Shown here piece by piece: positions 24,901 through 39,900 of a DNA stretch of 64,000 bases. The notes beneath the pieces were generated by a model. That model did not search any database and was not told where the DNA came from. It saw nothing but the letters and a program-made list of their open reading frames with translations. Every line of letters begins with the position of its first letter. The first letter of the stretch is position 1. The stretch spans positions 17,744,264 through 17,808,263 of the forward strand of contig JARFYF010000051.1 of the NCBI GenBank assembly GCA_030265395.1. The letters run 5' to 3'. Source of the stretch: Rhina ancylostomus. Its lineage: Eukaryota. Position numbers and translations under genes: made by a program.

Positions 24901-27900
24901 CCTACAGAGCAATTCCATTACTTAGATCACCTCAGGATTGGAGATTGGTTATAATTTTCACTCGTGGTCTGAGCAAGCTGCCCCTCAAAAGCCAGTTCCC
25001 ACACAAGACAATTTTTTCTGCAGCAAGTACAGTTCCTGATTGAAACCAGGAGTTGGAAGCACCAAGTCACTATTGAAGCTGTCTTCAATGGAAGTAGCCC
25101 CTACCTGCACCTCTCGTGTCCACGATGAATTCTGACACCTCAAATGTTCGACCTTCCACCAGGCCTTTCCCAGAAACCTTCACTTTGGAGGCATCGCCAA
25201 TCTCAGAGGCCCCTACCATGATCTTGAAGGGGCTGTTTGTGACATGACGGTTATTTTTCTTAACACTCACCACATGCTCTCCCACCTCCTTCGGGGTGAA
25301 TGAAATACCTGGTGAACAGGAAGAAAACGGGGATGAAGTCATTGAATGGCAAGAGATACCCACTGGTTGAATATCTGACCTGCCACAGCCAGCAGATGCT
25401 GTATACAACACCGCTCCCCCCCCACCCCAATCATAGAGGCTCCTGAACAACCAAGTCACTGACAAGACCGCTTTCAACCAATAGCCCCTACCCCTCTGAA
25501 AAGCACACCTCCCACCACCATGGTGGATAATTCTCCCTAAATGTAGGGCTTCCAATTGACAGACCATCATTCTGTACAAAGTGAGAAAGGCAGGATTGGA
25601 AGTACAATTTGTCCATAGTCAGTGTTGATGTTCATCTTCACCAGGGACACTATCCTAATCCCAGATGATCATCCAGTTCCCATCTAACCTACTCTTAAAA
25701 TCCCTAATTTAAGGAATTTCATAGCCTCAATTGTTTCTTCTACACAGTCTGAAATCTCCAGGTGTTTGATCTTGAGCTGAAAGTGATCCATTTGTCTATC
25801 CTGCCTATATCTTAATATGCAAGACTCTTCAAAATCACATTGTTTATTTGAGAGGATTGAGAAACAAATAGTATCTCACTCTTAGTGCTATTTTCAATAA
25901 AAGGAATTGGATGAGGTCATTCAATTCCAAGCCTACAACTGCACTCATTTAGAGAAGGGCTGACCTCGTGCTTCATTTCATACCCTTAAAGCCATTATCC
26001 AACAAAAATCCATGGATTTCAGACGAAAGTTTTAATTGGTGGACCAACTCCAGTTTTAAGCTTAGAATCTTTCTTCTGGGAGATATGTATAAGAAAATAA
26101 AAATCAGGTAAATAGAACCTATCAAATCCTTTTAATTAGCATAATTCATACAGTTCTTTCACCCTTTACACTAATAGGACACAAGCTTAGTCTAATTAAC
26201 TCCATGGCCAAGTTTCACTTTGGTGTATGTGCTGAATCTCCAAAATATCCTTTTAGCTATGAAGCACAAAAAATGGAATCCACATTTTCTCAATTGGGTT
26301 ATTGTTCAATAAAATGGAACCACTAATCACTACCCCATATCTAATAGAGATGCCCAGTCAACCTCTGGCTATGCACACCATTCGTGAATGTCTTACCAAT
26401 GTGCCTATTGGGCAGCCTCTTCAGCAAGCAGGGTTCCTCATTACCAGATGGGGCCTTGATGCTGGCATTGAGCAGACTGAGGTCTGTCTCTGTAATCTTC
26501 AGTGAGACTTCAGTTGATGTGCCAACGTTGAGTTGAGAGGTTCTCATCGAGTCATCACCTGCACAAAGTGGTTTCATCAACTTGTTTGGTTCTCAAAGAC
26601 ACTCATCAGTCCCAGTACCCTTGCAATTACTTCTGCCATCTTCAGCCAAGCTGACTATTGGACTGGCTGGAGGACAACTACTAAAGTGAAGTATGTAGCA
26701 GTGGAGCCTTCAAGGCCCACTCTAATACTGTTCAATCAGCACCTACACACAGTGTATTGTTAACTCTTCCCTATTGCAGGTTTAGAGGCTAATAGGCCAT
26801 CCTAATAGCAAAGGTCAATAAATACAGCACAGAATAGATTGAGCTCTCCTTTCACCGACTCTCACAGCATGGTCCACATGTGGACCTGTCAGATCTCTAA
26901 AAGACATCTAGTCCTTGGTTTCCCTGCCAATGGTATCAATGGGTACACTGCTCAACTTAGGTTCGCCAACTAACCCACACTAGAACAAACCCCATCTTTC
27001 TGGATCTGGTTGACCAGCTGTGCATTCTGATTAATGACCAAGTTCTGAAAGGAATGAAAGAAAAGCATCAGGTTGAGTTACAATGCCCAGTATTTGCTAA
27101 ATCCTACGGGTCTTTGTAATGGAATCTCACCAAGAAAACAGAGATTCTTCAATCACAACAAGACATCAGGGAGGATGGTTTAAACAAAAAAGTTGNNNNN
27201 NNNNNNNNNNNNNNNNNNNNNNNNNNNNNNNNNNNNNNNNNNNNNNNNNNNNNNNNNNNNNNNNNNNNNNNNNNNNTCGAACAATAATGTTGTAATCTCC
27301 AGGGGCAGTGGGCAGGTATGATACAGTACAGGTCCCATCCTTGTTGTCTTTACATGTGATTTCAGCTTTAGAGGGACCTTCCACAGCAAGGGACAGGCCA
27401 CCTACAGAAAGAAAAAAGTTGCTTTAGGTATCTTCTGCACTACTGGGCTTCCAAACACAATCCCACTCGTCCAATCACTCACCCCCTCCATTCTCATTCC
27501 ATTACCCTTCCCACATACCAAGGAAGGTCACTTTCACTCCCTCCATTCACATCTTCAGTCTTTCCCTTCCCCTCACCATCCCTGAATCTGGACCTTTGCA
27601 TCATTTTCCTAATTGTAAATCTTTTCACTACAGTCCAGATCCTACACTTCTCTGATGAAAGGTTTCAGACCAAAACATTAACCAATTTTCTTTCCACAGA
27701 TGCTGCCTGAGTTTTTACAGCATTTTGTTTTTAATCCTGCACTTCTTCCTTGCTCAGCCCCTGCTTTCCTCCCCATCTCTCTGATTCAGTGTTGACCCAC
27801 ACATACCTTCCCCTGCATCCTTGGTGACAATAGTGAATGTTGCAGGTTTGTTCACCATCCCATGGCTCAGACCAGGTCCAAATGCAGTCACATGACCACT

Positions 27901-30900
27901 GTTAATAGCATCCACATAGAACTGCAATGGGCTACCTATAGCAGAAGAAATGTAGAGAGGCAAGTAAAGGTCATTCCTCCCTCAAGCTACTGCAATTAGT
28001 CAGTCACCCGCTCAATTAGGTGTTTGCATCAGTATCTCCCTCATGGCAAAAAGTTTAGTGTGCTGGGATGCTATGGGTTACACGTCATCCTGGATGTTGG
28101 TACCAGGACCGACGACATTACATGATCAGAATGGAGCATCAGTCACTAGAGATGTAAGTATAACACACAGTGGTGCTGCAGCACCACCAAGATCATTCAT
28201 GTAACAGGTAGCTGCCATTTTAGATAACCACAGTCCCAACAGAACAAGAGGACAAGGCAAGTATTGGCAAAGCTAAATAAATCACTGATCACGCAGGAAG
28301 AAACACCTTTAATTAGAAGCGGTAACTATTACACAGTGTTAATATGGTGATGGGTCAGGTGGCAAGGTCTGGCCACATACCTGGGATGTGATTCCCATCA
28401 TACTTGATGTCCATCTCATGCAGACCCTTCTCGATGGGAGCATATTTCACTGTGACAGTCCCATCCTTGTTGTCAGTTATGTGTGGACGGCCAGTTTTAC
28501 CAGATGGCATCCGGACTTCACCTGGGACAAGAGGAATATTTCAGAACGAGAAGGGAAACAGGAGATTGCCAGCTTACAAGTGCAGGTAAGAATCTGAGAA
28601 CATGAAATTCAGTCAAACATTGACAAAGTGGGAAACCAAAGGCCAGTTATGGGGAAAATGCCAATAGATGTTATGATAGGGAAATTATAAAAACAAGGTC
28701 ATCCAGTAAAGTCGACATGGGTTTGTGAAAGGAAAATTGTGTTTGATCAACATAAACTTCAATTTTGGCAAGGCATCAGAAGGTCATGAGTTTAAGTCTC
28801 ACTCCAGAGGTCTGCACCATCCTAGATATTGGTTTTCAGATGACACATTAGTCCCCACAGTATCTACAGAATTTGAATGGTAGAGCTCTCCACATAAAAA
28901 GACTGGGGGAAAAGAAAAATGATATACAAATAGAAAATGTGTTCACCCTTTTAGAACTCAGCCAGTGATGGACATGGTCCTCTCTCTCAAACAGGGATGA
29001 GGGAAGGGTGGGAGTGGCTGTTCACCATCCTTAACTGACCTCACTAGACTCTGGGAATTCAGCCTTTTCATTTCTGAATGATCACTAATGCACAACCTGC
29101 ATAATCTCACTGTGCCCGTGTGAATGATCCACTACAGAAGGAAAATTTTCCATCTTACCCGTGATTTCTCCCTTCTGGACAGTGAAGGGAATGACCAGGT
29201 TGAATGGCCGGAGACCATGTTCCATAACATCAACTGGAACAACAGACTCTTCAGTAGCCTGTGAAGTGAGTGAGTAAAACTATAACTAAAATTTATAGAC
29301 CATAACGTGAGAAAGCAAAAGCAAGACAGAAAGTGAGAAGGAAAGATAAAGAGTAAACAAGAGGTTTAACAGGCTATTATCAGAAAGTGTCACTAAGTGT
29401 CTGGAATATTGTGATCTGGGTTAACTCGTGCACCAGTTCAGCAAATTGAAGATCTGTAAAAGAATGATTGGGTTGAGCTGCAAATCAGGGCTAAATCAGG
29501 AACAGCAGGAGTAGAGGGACGAAAGCAGCAACCTGCACTGGAATCAGGTAATGCTCCTGCCTTTGGACAACTAAAGTTCTAGGATTGGCCAAATAAGCAG
29601 AGGAAGTGGACAACACTGATCAGGATATTGGATTGGCTGATTTTGTGGCCCCATGTGCCCACCTATTGATCTCATTCACTCTCCAATCACAAGTGGTTGG
29701 ATTCACTACCTTTCAGCCACTGCAGTGGTCATGTGACCGAGACCCAACCTCTGGAATAAATATATTTCTCCCTGCCTGGAACTTGAAGGAAGGAGAAAAG
29801 TAGCTTTGGGACAGACAGGGATTTAATGGAGCATAAACAAGTGGTCATTTATATCCCACCTCTGCTCATCCTGGTTTCTGTGGACCAAGCTGAAAGACTC
29901 TGGTGCTGACTGGCTGTCTCAGTGTAGGAAGTGTGCTCCTTTGAGGAATGCAATCCTATCCTTGCAATTATAAATTCACTAGTTACTCCAAGTGGCCAAA
30001 CAAAGCAAACTAAACATACTATGTTCCCTTGATAAATCTGTACAATATTTTCCCCTGGAATTATTTAAAATGAAGGAGTAGTAGAGATTTGAGCCAGATT
30101 TAAAATGCAGGAGCTGGAGGAACCCAGGTTCCTTAAGATTAAATTAATCCCAGGGGCAGAAATGTATCTCCCTTTTTCATATAAAATGTTATATTTTTGT
30201 GTTTATCAAATGATGATTTCNNNNNNNNNNATCCTGATCACATGCAACCTGCCAAGTGGGGAAACGTGACCAGCAAATGTGACCAAGATTAATTCAGAGA
30301 ACTGTCCAAATGCTCAGTGGGCAGAAAATGTGTAGAGATTTACCATGAGCTTTACTTCATCTAATGAGCTTCATAATAAGAGAACCGGCTACCAAAAAAA
30401 ATCAAACATGAGCAATGCTGCAGAGCAAAGAGGCAAGACAGTACTCCAGTCTGTGGTTAGAGACTAGAAGATTCAATAATAAGTGCGGGAAAGGAAGAGA
30501 CAGATCAAAAGCATGAGTACAAGGCAGACTATAAAAAATGATAAACTAACCAAAGAGGAAAGGGAGAATAAAATATTAGAAATAACATTGTGGAAACTAA
30601 GAAACAAATAGAGGACAGGAAAGATAGATTGGAAGTCCTGTTTGAAGAGAGAGAGTAGTCAGTGGTTGAATCTTATACCCAGTGTGGTGGATAGCCAGCA
30701 TGGCAAGGCACGTAGGGCTGGTGTAGCTGCAGGGTATCGCAAGGCTCCTCAATGATGGGGATGGCATCACAGGCCTATGATTGGAGCAAGCTAGAAGTTA
30801 AACACAAATCCAACACAACTCCCAAAACTTGTATCTGAAATGTCAAATGCAAAAGGGGTTGGGGTTGGGGGAAGTATAGCAGCTCCTCAACAAGCTAAAG

Positions 30901-33900
30901 GGACACAGCTTGGGGAAATCAACATTGGCTCCAGAAGCCAGCATTCCTGCAAATTACTCCTTCCATCTTGATGTTCAAGGTGACATGTCCAGTTTGTAAA
31001 TGGTCTGGAGAGTTTTGTGCAAAGGGTGGCAATGGAGGTGGGGGAAAAAAAAAACACCCATTCAGCTGGACTCAAAGCACTGAGGCACAGATATCCATAC
31101 CAGGACAGAGGCCATACATTAGGGACGACTTGTTCTCCATTCATGGCAGTTTTCCATTTTCAGTTTTACATTCTACATTCTATACACGGGATCCAGGTGT
31201 TGAGATTGTGGTTTCAAGGACTGTAATACTGATCAAATTAAAAGGGATTTGGTATTGAATGGGTACAGAAGAATCACTGAGCTAGTGCAGATACAAGTTA
31301 CCACAAAGGCTGATGGAATATTCACACATCATCTCAGAAGGACTGGAACACAAAGCAGTATGTTACATTGCAGCTAAACAAAAGGGCTGGTCAGATCCTA
31401 GCAGCAAAACTGAATTCAGTTCTGGACACCACCCAAGGAAAAATGTATACATTGGTTTGGAGCCAAATTGCAAGGAAAGACTATTCCCTCAAGTATAGGT
31501 GATTAAGGAGTTATTATTAGAGGTGTTTAAGTTGATTAAAAGAATTTGATTGGGTAGATAACAAGAAACTGTTCCATCTGATGGTCGAGCCAAGAACAAA
31601 AGGACATTAACTTAGATGAAGACTCCACCTCCCTTTCTCCCCCACATCCCATCTCTCTCCTCATACATAGATTCTTTGATTCCAAGCTCCCTTTCATGCC
31701 TACAACAGAATTCTGTTCTCCGGTTGGGCCTCTACACTTGCAGTGCTCCATTTTAGACCCATGAGCCAAGGAATTCAAAAGCTTCACACAGGGAACTCCT
31801 CCTTTTGATCAGATGTGATAATATGTTGGGCAACGATGATTCTAAAAGTCACATCAAATCGTAGAACAATAGTACAGAAGTTAGTTAGCAATATGCTTGC
31901 AGGAATTATTTAAGAGCTGTTCAATAGTCCAACCCTTGATATTTCCCATAGTCTGGTACTCTTCGCTTTCATTCCCCTTCAAATTTCTGTGCAATTCCCC
32001 TTTGAATGTTAGTGAATTTGCTTCACTATTTAAAGAGCAAATTCTACACCATATTACTGTGTGAAATACAATTCTTTATTTTCCCTTAGAATTTTTGCCT
32101 CATGCCCCAAAATCTGGATGCTCTGATCAATCTTCCAGCCAAAGGAAAAATTTTCAACATTTCTGTCAAAGATATCCATAACATTGAGAACTTCTACCAA
32201 ACCCTCCTTTAATCTACTCTGCTCAGAGTAGAGCTTGAGTTTCTCTAATGTTTCCACATAGATGAAGTCCCTCATCCCTGGTACCATTTTAAATGGCTCG
32301 TAAATCCTTTCCAAAGTCTTACCAACCTTCCTAAAGATTGGACTGACCGCCACAACCATTAGATCCCAAAAGGTTTAGGCTAATGTTCTTCTTCTTAAAC
32401 TTGTTGCCTCTACCCATAACAAATAGGGGACTCTCAAATATCATTGTTCTCCAAACTTGTTTTGCAGGTGCAGGCATGTGCACTTCCAGACCCCCTTTCA
32501 AATTCTACTATGGATAATTATCACATGACATCTGTCATTTAATCATCAGGGTAATATGCTAATGGTGTTATCTAGTGATGATGCTGATTAGTCAGCATTA
32601 CTTACCACCACGTGAAATGGGCTGTTGGGTATAAGCTCCCCACCAAAGCGGATGGTAATGACATATTTGCCAGGTTCTGGTGCTGTGTAATAAATGTCAA
32701 ATGTTCCATCTTGATTTTCAACCACATCAACATCTAGCTCAGCTCCATCAGGGGTCGAGACCTTGCAAGTGACCTTCCCTTTGCCAGCTGCCTTGGCATC
32801 CACTGTTATGACTGTTTCCTGGCCAATCTGGATGGTTGGACCAAGTCCTGCCCCTGTAAATGAATTGGGTGTGATGGTTAATGGGTGGTACAATTGAACC
32901 CAAGTTCTACACGCGATAACAAGTTACGGACACGTTGCTTTTGTGGGGTGGGACTCCATCACCAGTTAGGACCCACAGAGTTGGCAATGAGCATTAGAAC
33001 AGCCCGCAGACCAGGTTGAGATAGACAGCGGCACCAGGAGCAGCTCCATCTCCCAACACAATACATCAAATAAAACTAGAAGGTACTCAGTGAAGGGCAA
33101 CAGGGCAGGACCAGAGAGAGAGGTGGGGATTGGTGGTAGTGGTGGTGACGGGCAGCAAGACTGACCCATTAGATGATGGTTAAACAGAAACAAATCTTTA
33201 AAGGTCCAGTTACATTTGTCTTGTCACCTCAACCAAGACAACAGCTGGGTCACAGTGACCCCTGGTTTGGGGGAAAAAAAACAAAATCAGCTGGGGTTAT
33301 GAATCCAGCTACACAAGTTCTGTTGACTCTAGTTTGATGGGGGAGAAAAAGAAATAATCAGCCAGGGCTCTTGCTCCAGATCACTGACCAGTGACCCCCT
33401 GGGGAGGTGGGTGGTGAGGTTTGGGATTTCCTGGTTTATAGGAGGCTGAAGAACTGAGGAGTTGGGAGGCTGGTCACTCANNNAGTCCATGGCCGCCGAT
33501 GGACACTGTGGGGGGAGAGCAGCCGGTTAGAAACTGTCACCCATAAACTCAAAACACAGATTAATTGACGTTAGCAAAAAACACAAGACAGGCAGGAGAG
33601 GTTGAAATAAATCACTGGATTCTCGTGGCATCAGTTCATGAAGCTGCTGGGTCACAGGCGGGCACCCACAAACTTCCAGGTCTCCAAAACTACTCAAAGT
33701 GCAGCAGAATTACTTCATGGCTCAAACCCTCAAACTTTAGCCATCCCTAGTCTAATTCCAAAATTCCAATTGGTCATAAAGTAGAGAGTTGAGATCCAAC
33801 AAGTGATATCCCCAGGAATCTACAGCATATCCCCAAATCCCAATGAATGGCCAGTGTCTCAGTGTAAGATCTTAGCTAGGCCTCGATAATGATGGCAACT

Positions 33901-36900
33901 TCATGTGTTTACATTCCCAGTGTGACCATAGTCCCTGTTGGTATGGGAATCCTTGGGGCACAATGAGAACAGGAGTAACTGAAGCAACACTACACCAGCC
34001 CTCCCCCCCACAAAGTGGCAGTCCCATGGCCTCCTGCCTCTGCACCAACCCCCAGCCCATATCTCCAAAGTTTAAAGTTTCCAGGGATCCACCTTCACCT
34101 CCTTTCTCAATTTCCACACAATCACTGTAGCTGGTTGCAAGAGCCCTCTCTCTATCCCAGAGGAGGAGCCTCCAGTGGCTGGCCATTTATTTACTTCAAC
34201 TTCTCCCTGTTCAGACACTTAGATGGACATAACCGCTGACTGTACCTGTTACCAGACACTTGCTGGCATCTCCAGTTGGAATGGCGTGGATTCGATATGG
34301 TGAGTAGGGGATTTCATCACCTCCATATTTGATAGTAATGGTGTAGTGTCCAGTCATATCAGGGACATAAGACACTGTGTATGTTCCATCCCCATTATCA
34401 CGAATGTTAGCCTTCTTTGGTTTGCCCTCAGGATCCTAAATGAACAAGTCAACGTTACTGATATCAAACTGCAAAGAACTTAGGCCTTAGCTCATTCCCA
34501 CTAAGAGTTTACATACACTGCCCACATTTACACCAGTGCACACAGAGAGTGAGAACGAACTTCATCTCTATATATGAGCAACAGGTTTAAGCGTTGGGAT
34601 AAATATTTGGTCCAAGTACTTACTATACTATAAACAAGGTCTGGAACACAGACAGAAATCACAGGTTGTAACTTCAGCTAAACATTCTCAAATATTTGTT
34701 CGGCATGCATAGGTTGTACTGTAGTTTAGGAATACAGTCACATTCCATTTAACTTCAGAGCAGAACATTGTCAAGGATCATGAACAACACAACAAAGTAA
34801 ATGGTGGTTTGGAAGGGGGNNNNNNNNNNNNNNNNNNNNNNNNNNNNNNNNNNNNNNNNNNNNNNNNNNNNNNNNNNNNNNNNNNNNNNNNNNNNNNNNN
34901 NNNNNNNNNNNNNNNNNNNCAAGAGAAGCTGATCTCGGCATGCCTCCACTCTGGCAAAACCAAGGAGCACTGGAAACCTCATACAAGTTGCTTCCAATTT
35001 TGTGAAGTTTCCAGCTCTCAGTCCAGACCAAGAGCTTCTGATAAGTCTGGATAAACTCTGGATAATCCTCTGAACTTTGAAGTGCCTCATTAAAGCACAG
35101 ATTGTAGAAGAAACTTCTGGCCCTGGTCATACTACCTATTAACCTAGATGGTACAAGATGTGACCCAGACTTACAATGATCTGGACAGTGAGCAGTCCTT
35201 CACCAGCATCCCTGGCATCGATAGTGAACTCGACAGGGAGACTAGCTGGCACTCCAGAGGCATTCAGTCCTGGCCCACTTGCTCGCACTTTGCTGGCATC
35301 ATGAGTTGGCAGAACCTTGATCTTGAAGGGACTGGGGGAGGAAAATAATGAACAAAATGAATTGCCTCCTGGGAAAGTGGGTTTTAATAATGAAAGCCAA
35401 CATGGCTTTATTACAGGGGAAAATAGAGGATTGACAAGGATAATGCAAATGTTGTGTATAGACTTTGGGGGAAAACAAANNNNNNNNNNNNNNNNNNNNN
35501 NNNNNNNNNNNNNNNNNNNNNNNNNNNNNNNNNNNNNNNNNNNNNNNNNNNNNNNNNNNNNNNNNNNNNNNNNNNNNNNCATATTTGGTAAAATACCACA
35601 GACATGTTAGAACATTAACTCCTGTGGGGTAAATTAGCAGCAGCCTGGATATAAACATTAATTATGGAACAGAAAGCAAAAAGGATATTAATGAATGGAT
35701 GGTTTTCTGTCTGAAGGGAAGATACACTATTACAGTTCAATCGGTATCAGCTCCTTTATGCTTTGATATATTAATGACCCACATCAGGCAATGCAGTATA
35801 AAGTGTGTGACGGTACATTAACAAGAACAATAGGAAAGGTACTTCACACATGTGAAAATAAATGTGTAAATGAGTAGAGAAACAAGCATCTGGGGGTACA
35901 AATTCACAGATCACAGTAACAACCCCAGTTAAGACCATTAAAATAATTGAAGCATTGGAGTACCTTTCCAGATGGAGAGGAATGAAATGCAGGTATTAAA
36001 TTTGTATAGGCTCTTAGTAGGGCCACACTTGAGAATTGTCCTTCTGGTCTCCATTGAGAAAGAGCAAACAATAATAAAAATGTTATTAAACAAGAACTGC
36101 AAGATCACATCTTGCAGGAAAGATTGAAGGGCTAGGATTAAAAAAACTAGATTACGGTCAGAGTAGAAATTAATCTTATTAAACTTTGTGCAAACAAAAT
36201 CAATAGAACCAAATTTCAGAAGTACAGTTCAATGTGCATTCACTACTAAATCAAACATTTAGTTCACGGAGGAGAAATTTCTACCATATAGGTCTTAATG
36301 TTTATGAGAAGGACTTTAATGTTGGACAGAGAAAAGAAAAAAAAGAGGCTTCTCCTTGCAGTGGAAGCTGAACACAGGGCCTGAAATACAAAAACACTAA
36401 TAAATCCAAAGTTCAGGAGGAATTTCTTTCCTAGATAATGTTTAGTGTGGAACCTGGTACAAACAATATATACATGTGGTTGGAAAAATATAAAAAGAGG
36501 ACATGTCACCACAGTTGGATGGAAAAGAATGGAAGTGGCTTGTGTGGAGCACAAGCCATTTGGGTTCAGTGGCCCATTTCTTTGGTCTAAATATGCATTA
36601 TTCCAAAGTTTGTGGATGACACTAATTACGGAATCTCAACTATTAAGAAATAGCAACAAACTACTGGTGGAATGGTCAGAGATATGGCATATCAAGTATA
36701 ATGCAGACAAGTTTCAAGTGCTTAGAGCCACAGAATGAGTCAGTGCAAATGGATGATATCTGGTCAATTGAGCCATCGCTAGCAGTGGCACAGCTTCAAA
36801 TTAGTTCCACTTCCTTGCTCTTTCCCCAATACCCTACACATTCTTCTCCTTTAAATATTTATCCAGTTCCCTTTTGAGAGGTATTACTGAATCTGCTTCA

Positions 36901-39900
36901 GAGCAGTCCTGATCACAACTTGCTGCATAAAAATCTCACATTTCCTCCGGCTTTTCATTAGTTCTTTCAAAATTTTGAACATCTCAGACTTTTCCAGATT
37001 CTCCAGTAAATATGGAGTCAGAGACAGATACAATAGCTGATGCTCACCTGCGTGGAACCTCCTGGTCTGCATACTTAACGGAAACAGTGAAGGGACCGTC
37101 CGTGGTTGGGGTATAATGAACAGTATGTGTTCCATCTCCATTATCAATAACTTTTGTTGGCTCCGATACACCTGGACAGTACAAATAGAGTCAAAGTTCA
37201 CCCAACGACAACCAATTCCACTTCCTCCAATCCCTCTCAGAACCAGTGCTGTCTTTCCACCAATCCCCCACTCAAACCCTGAGCAATGCTGTCTTCCTAG
37301 CAAACACTTCCTCCCAGATAAAATGACCCCTCTGAGCGGGTATCTACTCAGAGCTTGCCCCTCATCCACCCAACCCCCTCCCACAGAGTGACTCCCACCC
37401 TCCTCCCTCAACATACATCCCATAGTCTTTAGGTTTTACAGTTAACCTCAAACAAGCACATGCCAGCAGCAGAGTCCGAGATTTACCTGTAGGCCTGAGG
37501 ACCAGCACTTCAAGTGGTGCTAGCCCAGCTTTGCTGCAATCGACTGTAAATGTCTGGGGTACATGTGCCCGTACTCCAGTGCCCAGTCCAGGGCCCATGC
37601 ATTTCACTTTGCTTGGATCAACCAACTCCTTCACTGGCACACGGAAGGGACTTCCTATCAACACAAAACAGGTGTCACACCACATCCCGATTTCCCCAGC
37701 AACTTACACACTGCATACAGGCTGATGGACATATGGCTCTATGGAGGGTGATGTACAACCCCAGGATATTGCTTTATATCAACAACAGCTTCAATTAAAC
37801 TGTAAACCACAGTGTACAGTTTGTGTTTCTGTAGTTTCAGGAGATGAAACAAAAAGTACTCTCAGATGATTCAAGATAGGTTGGATAGACCCATATTCTC
37901 CATAATTTAAAAAGAATGAAGATGATCTCAAAAACACAGATGATGATCAACCAGGAAGTGGTGTGCACCCCTCTCCCTGGTCAGACAGCCAGTACGAGGC
38001 ATAGATGCCACACAAGGTCGTAGCCATTTTGAACAGGGATAAGGAGCTTCTCCCCCCCACAACCTCCCCAAAAGAATTGCAAAGCTTTGGAATTTTTTTA
38101 GTCCAGAAGGCTGTAGATACAGATTCATACTAGATCTGTGACAGAGCTTGATGAAACTTTGGACACAAAGAAATCTGGCATTTGGGAATAAAGCAGGAAA
38201 GAGGAATAGATTATGGACATTCAGCTGTCAACAATGTATGGTTGAACAGATTGGAAGGGCCACATGGCCAAATCAACACACTTACACATTTTTAAACAAG
38301 CCTTGATGATTTTGTTGCAGAGAAGCAAAGGGAGCAAGCCAGAGAGGCAGTGTGAGAGGACCAAAGCAGAGCCTCGTCCCTCAGTGCCCTGGGACTCTGC
38401 TGCCAATGCATCAGACACCGAATTGGTTCTGTGTCGCTAGGACGAAGTGGGTAGCTGGGCTGAGCTCACCTGGAATGGGGTGCCCCCCAAATGTTATGTT
38501 GACATCGTAGTCTCCAGGAGTAAAGGGGATATACTCAACACTGCAGCTGCCATCCTTGTTGTCCTTGCAGGACATTTTTGCCTCAGAGGGACCCTCAATG
38601 GCCAGTCCCAGGCCTCCAGTGCCTGCACCCCTGAGGGGAAAGAAGGAGGAAAAAAAAGAGGATAATGGGTTTGGCCAAATCAAGGTAAAGATCAGCATAG
38701 CTCAGGATACAGGCAAGAAGTCATGTCTAAAATCAGTTAGCCAATCAATGGCATTTCCAACTCCCCCCACAAAAACCACCTTACTCACTCAAACCATAGG
38801 ATCAGGGGTTTCCCAGCAGAGCCAATGATCTGAGGCAACAGGGCAATCAATGGTGGGTCAGCAAAAAGGGACATTCAGAATTATCCCTCAGATGGGAGAC
38901 ACATAGAGAGGGTTAATGCTTTCTGGGATTGGGCCAGACAGGCGACACAAGATCATAGTATGGTCAATGAAAGCCAGAGCTGGATAGATGAGCGAGGTGC
39001 AAGCATAGGCCAAGAATGCTAAGGTTTCTTTCATTTCTTTGAAAGGAATCACCAGGAGGAGAGTGTTTGATTTACGGTTAGATAAGAGTCCACATGGACT
39101 GAGGAAGAGATCAAAAAGTGACCCAGGTGTATACCTAATCTTGACCCACCATTTACAGTCACAGCTTACCTGGTTTCCACTGTGAACCGGTTGGGTTTGT
39201 TGACTAGACCTCCTTCCAGGCCTGGCCCATATGCCCGGACACGGCTGGGATCACAGCCCTCAGTGACTCCAACTCTGAATGGACTCTTGGGGATCGGGAC
39301 ATCATCATAGAGCACTTCAATCATATGCATTCCTGAAAGAGTCAGCAACATATAGAAGGTAAACTATATATAAAAAAAAACAGGTCAGCAATGCCGGCTG
39401 AAGCAAAATGCACCCCATCTCAAAGCTGCCCACAAAAGAGATCCTTTTCCTTGATACACCCTGGACCTTACCCTTTAAAATCCACAGAGGGGCCCCTTGC
39501 CTCACATCCCAAAGGAACACATCGTATGGGGAAGCTCCAGCAACTAAAACCGTTCCAACAGTAGCCAAGAGCCCATCAAGGGTCAGGGGGAAAATGCAAG
39601 CAAACTCATGGAAGGATGATTTGTGGCAAGCTGCGATCATATCTGGGGAAAATCATCTCAACATTTCTCAAGGCCTTTGCTTTCAAAAGAAGCTATCCTT
39701 CATCTTCACTTGAGAGAGAGCAGAAGAGCTTGCAACCCAAGGAGGAAGTGAAAGGCAACATCTTCACATCAGCAACTAAAATCTGAAGAAGCAAACCTAG
39801 GAAACGTGGAATGGTGCCCAGAAAGGAATTTGTCCTGGATGACAGAGACTGGATACTTTTTCTCCCCCCGGCAAGTCCATTAACTCTGTCTCTGGGGGAT

